The translations under genes and the position numbers were made by a program. The notes beneath the pieces were generated by a model, which made no database searches, was not told the DNA's origin, and saw nothing but the letters and a program-made list of their open reading frames with translations. A DNA stretch of 64,000 bases from Macrostomum lignano. Its lineage: Eukaryota. Positions 60,526 to 64,000 of this stretch are shown here, in pieces (position 1 is the stretch's first letter; every line of letters begins with the position of its first letter). The stretch covers positions 62,001 to 126,000 of the forward strand of contig NIVC01000917.1 in assembly GCA_002269645.1 (NCBI GenBank). Reading direction: 5' to 3'.

Positions 60526-61144
60526 TTTCTATGTCTCCTACTGCGAAGGCTCTTAAGCATTCAGCTTCTAAACCTTGTATCTAACCTTAGACTTTAGGAA
60601 ACACAATAATCTGTCTATGGGCAGGAGGGCTGGAGTGTGCTGATCCCAGTCTTGCTCCATCCATCACGCCATCGCAGCTGCGTCAGTTCCCATTGGCAGT
60701 TTAAGGCAATTCAATGAAATTCTGAATGCTGCGTGACTGCCTGAACTCCTAATCTATATTTTCAGGGAGCATAGGCTCAGCTGCAGGCGTTTCTATGCAG
60801 TAATTTCCCCCAAAATCCCCCCGGCCAATCCCATAGAAAATCCCACCACAGAATGGAGAATTCCTAAATGCAGCTGAGACCTACAGCCAGGCCCAAGAGA
60901 GCCTTAAAACTCGTTTTAGTTTAAGTTGAAGCCAGCTGCAAAATCCTCTTTGAACTGTTCGAGGTTATTTCTCATTGTTTTTCTACAGATCAGCAGAATA
61001 CCATTATAGCACTGAATTATTTTCCGCGAAGATTTCTAATCTCTTAGCTGAGAGGCTCTGATAATCCTGTTCATGTATTGCTGACAGAAATGCCATTAAT
61101 TCCTGACCTTTTTTTACCCCCCCCGTTGCACCCGATGCTTCAGA

Positions 61145-62030
61145 TAGCTAACCACTGATGTTAGCTACCCACTGATGTTAGCTACCCACTGATGTTAGCT
61201 ACCCACTGATGTTAGCTACCCACTCATGCTTCAGTTAGCTACCCACTGATGTTAGCTACCCACTGATGTTAGCTACCCACTGATGTTAGCTACCCACTCA
61301 TGCTTCAGTTAGCTACCCACTGATGTTAGCTACCCACTGACGTTAGCTACCCACTGATGTTAGCTACCCACTGATGTTAGCTACCCACTCATGCTTCAGT
61401 TAGCTATCCACTGATGTTAGCTACCCACTGACGTTAGCTACCCACTGATGTTAGCTACCCACTGATGTTAGCTACCCACTCATGCTTCAGTTAGCTACCC
61501 ACTGATGTTAGCTACCCACTGACGTTAGCTACCCACTGATGTTAGCTACCCACTGATGTTAGCTACCCACTGATGTTAGCTACCCACTCATGCTTCAGTT
61601 AGCTACCCACTGATGTTAGCTACCCACTGACGTTAGCTACCCACTGATGTTAGCTACCCACTGATGTTAGCTACCCACTGATGTTAGCTACCCACTGATG
61701 TTAGCTACCCACTGATGTTAGCTACCCACTGATGTTAGCTACCCACTGATGTTAGCTACCCACTGATGTTAGCTACCCACTCATGCTTCAGTTAGCTACC
61801 CACTCATGCTTCAGTTAGCTACCCACTCATGCTTCAGTTAGCTACCCACTCATGCTTCAGTTAGCTACCCACTCATGCTTCAGTTAGCTACCCACTCATG
61901 CTTCAGTTAGCTACCCACTCATGCTTCAGTTAGCTACCCACTCATGCTTCAGTTAGCTACCCACTCATGCTTCAGTTAGCTACCCACTCATGCTTCAGTT
62001 AGCTACCCACTCATGCTTCAGTTAGCTACC
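61145..62030. repeat. Mixed 17/23-bp minisatellite
   Basis: Units GCTACCCACTGATGTTA and GCTACCCACTCATGCTTCAGTTA. Confidence 0.94.
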
Positions 62031-62434
62031 CTTTTGTGAGTTTTTGTGAGGTATGCTTCGCTCTGCCGGGGTAACGTGTTTCCATGTTTTCTGACCACAC
62101 GCCGTGAATGCTCGCAATGGTCTATTTAAAAGACCAGGTTTCCAAAATAAGAAATGTAAGCAAATACTTCTTTGCTTTCGTCTTGTTTTCCATTAGGCCA
62201 AATAGAGCCTAACTGTAAGGCTGCTGTCTGAGCTCCGACACACCCGAGGCCTCAATGCAGGCGGATTTCAATGGCAGGCTTTCAGACCTCAGCAGCAGTT
62301 TCCGCATGCCACTGCCGATCCCAATTGTGTTTCAGCTTTATTGGCGCAGGTAAAAACTGCCTGGATTCCTGCTGCAAATCCTTTGTTGCTTAGGAATCAA
62401 TTGAATTGCTTTCATTTTAGATTTACGAAGGGAC

Positions 62435-62850
62435 AGGGAGACTGAGGGGTGAGTGAGAGACTGAGGGGTGAGAGAGAGACTGAGGGGTGAGAGAGAGACT
62501 GAGGGGTGAGAGAGACTGAGGGTGAGAGAGAGACTGAGGGGTGAGAGAGAGACTGAGGGGTGAGAGACACTGAGGGTGAGAGAGAGACTAAGGGTGAGAG
62601 AGAGACTGAGGGGTGAGAGAGAGACTGAGGGTGAGAGAGAGACTGAAGGGTGAGAGAGAGACTGAGGGGTGAGAGAGAGACTGAGGGGTGAGAGAGAGAC
62701 TGAGGGGTGAGAGACACTTAGGGTGAGAGAGAGACTGAGGGGTGAGAGACACTGAGGGTGAGAGAGAGACTAAGGGTGAGAGAGAGACTGAGGGGTGAGA
62801 GAGAGACTGAGGGTGAGAGAGAGACTGAGGGTGAGAGAGAGACTGAAGGG
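62435..62850. repeat. About 19-21-bp purine-rich repeat (T)GAGAGAGAGACTGAGGGG
   Basis: About 20 imperfect copies. Confidence 0.9.
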
Positions 62851-63284
62851 GTGAGTGGGTGAAACGAGGGGTGAATAGAAGGAGACTAAATGAAAGAGAT
62901 GGAAAGTCCGCAGCCTCCGGACCAGGGCAGCATAGCCAATTAGCATTTTCATTTGCCAGCCCTATCAGGCTGGATTAACTCTCGCTTGAGCAGTTCAGCT
63001 GGAAGGATGCAGCGCTGCTTAGTCGGTATAAGATGAAGTCAGGCCTGTCTTGAATAGAGTAGTTTCGCACTCACAAACAAGTTAATTAGAAGGCGAAGTG
63101 TCTCAACCTTGCGGGTAATGTATTGTATACATAGTGTGCTGTATATGTAAATATATACATTGTATATGCCTCTGATAGCGAAGCTATCAAGGAACAAGAC
63201 TGGTTTGATTTTGTATTTCTAAAAATAGAACATGGCAATGACTCATACTTATAAATAGGATTGAGGGGGTTTTGCGGGTTTTTG

Positions 63285-63624
63285 GGTAGCCTTCGGCGAC
63301 ATGGCCCCACAGCCGGCGCTGACGGCAATTCTGCCCATCCCGCTGACTCCTGAGCACATGCAAGCGCGCCAATACTGTACGCGGGCACGCACTCATGCAC
63401 ACGCTCACACAGGGTGTACAGCGGCCCTTTAATAGTCAGCCATGTACACTCCCCACTCTCTGTGCCTTGGGGGGTTGGCCCTCATGGGTTGTGAATCGGG
63501 CGACAACCCCCCGCCATCCCGATTAACCGACTAATCGTGGCACTCAAGCCGCAAATGATTGTATCGAACAAGGGGTTGCAATGCGAGATTCAGACGGGCT
63601 TACCTCTAAGAACTGCTCTGCCCC
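63285..63624 (-). mobile_element. SINE family 2, near full-length copy
   Basis: Minus strand GGGGCAGAGCAGTTC...TGTTCGATAC...ATTAGTCGG...GAGGGCCAACCCCCCAAGGCACAG...ATGTCGCCGAAGG. Confidence 0.75.
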
Positions 63625-64000
63625 TTATAAACAGGATTAAGAAATTCACATCAAATAAAGTGCCAGGTTTCATATGCAGCTAGTATGTCAATTGTAGTAG
63701 GGAAAAAGTACATTTCGTAGAAACACTGTCGAATTGGACTGCATAAATAATGGGGATTTGCTGCGATCGTTGATGAGACAGGTATGACCTATCGTCTAAT
63801 CCAGGAACAGGTAGAGCGCTGGACAGTGTCCCCAAGCACAATATCCTTGCTTCCTGCCATCTTCTTGTGCCGCGCCTCCTCTGCTGCGGAACTGACAGCG
63901 GAGAAGAAATGAAACGTTCGCGTGCTACTTGAGAAGGAAACGCGGACAGGAACGGTAAAAAAGCAGCGGATCTTCAAGATCTTTGATTTGGGAGCCGGGT

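Noticed and set aside
63789-63977. 62-aa ORF at the window end
   Set aside because: It has a non-ATG start, no recognisable motif, only weak splice signals, and is cut by the window edge.

Overview
This is animal genomic DNA with GT-AG introns. GC-rich exons, Q/A/H-rich low-complexity proteins, repeat-filled introns and a flatworm-style cholinesterase suggest a free-living flatworm such as Macrostomum; this is an inference, not a database result. Five intron-containing genes were assembled by hand with consistent splice phases. On the minus strand: an ammonium transporter (420-5657, 7 exons, 512 aa), an FMRFamide-receptor-like peptide GPCR (7229-10593, 2 exons, 514 aa) and a voltage-gated Ca2+ channel beta subunit (19090-30417, 6 exons found, 5' end missing). 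On the plus strand: UBAP1 (38623-41072, 2 exons) and an acetylcholinesterase-like enzyme (44503-55235, 9 exons, 667 aa). The rest is about 29 tandem arrays of mostly unrelated units, two tRNA-derived SINE families, and DNA-transposon relics (mariner, hAT, a Harbinger-like MITE, a foldback element). There is also a decayed Ty3/gypsy pol and possibly a LINE RT remnant. I found no CRISPR array, prokaryotic operon or convincing ribozyme, and most long ORFs in the track are repeat artefacts. The best leads are: (1) most long introns carry their own minisatellite, often next to a splice site and often containing AG|GT; (2) a cholinesterase with an intact catalytic triad and Ser at both the G119 and A201 oxyanion-hole positions; (3) a GPCR intron whose retention would give an in-frame CxxC-repeat fusion; (4) a foldback element with a target-site duplication; (5) a spliced-leader-like 20-mer. 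All coordinates were counted by eye, and repeat and SINE boundaries are approximate.
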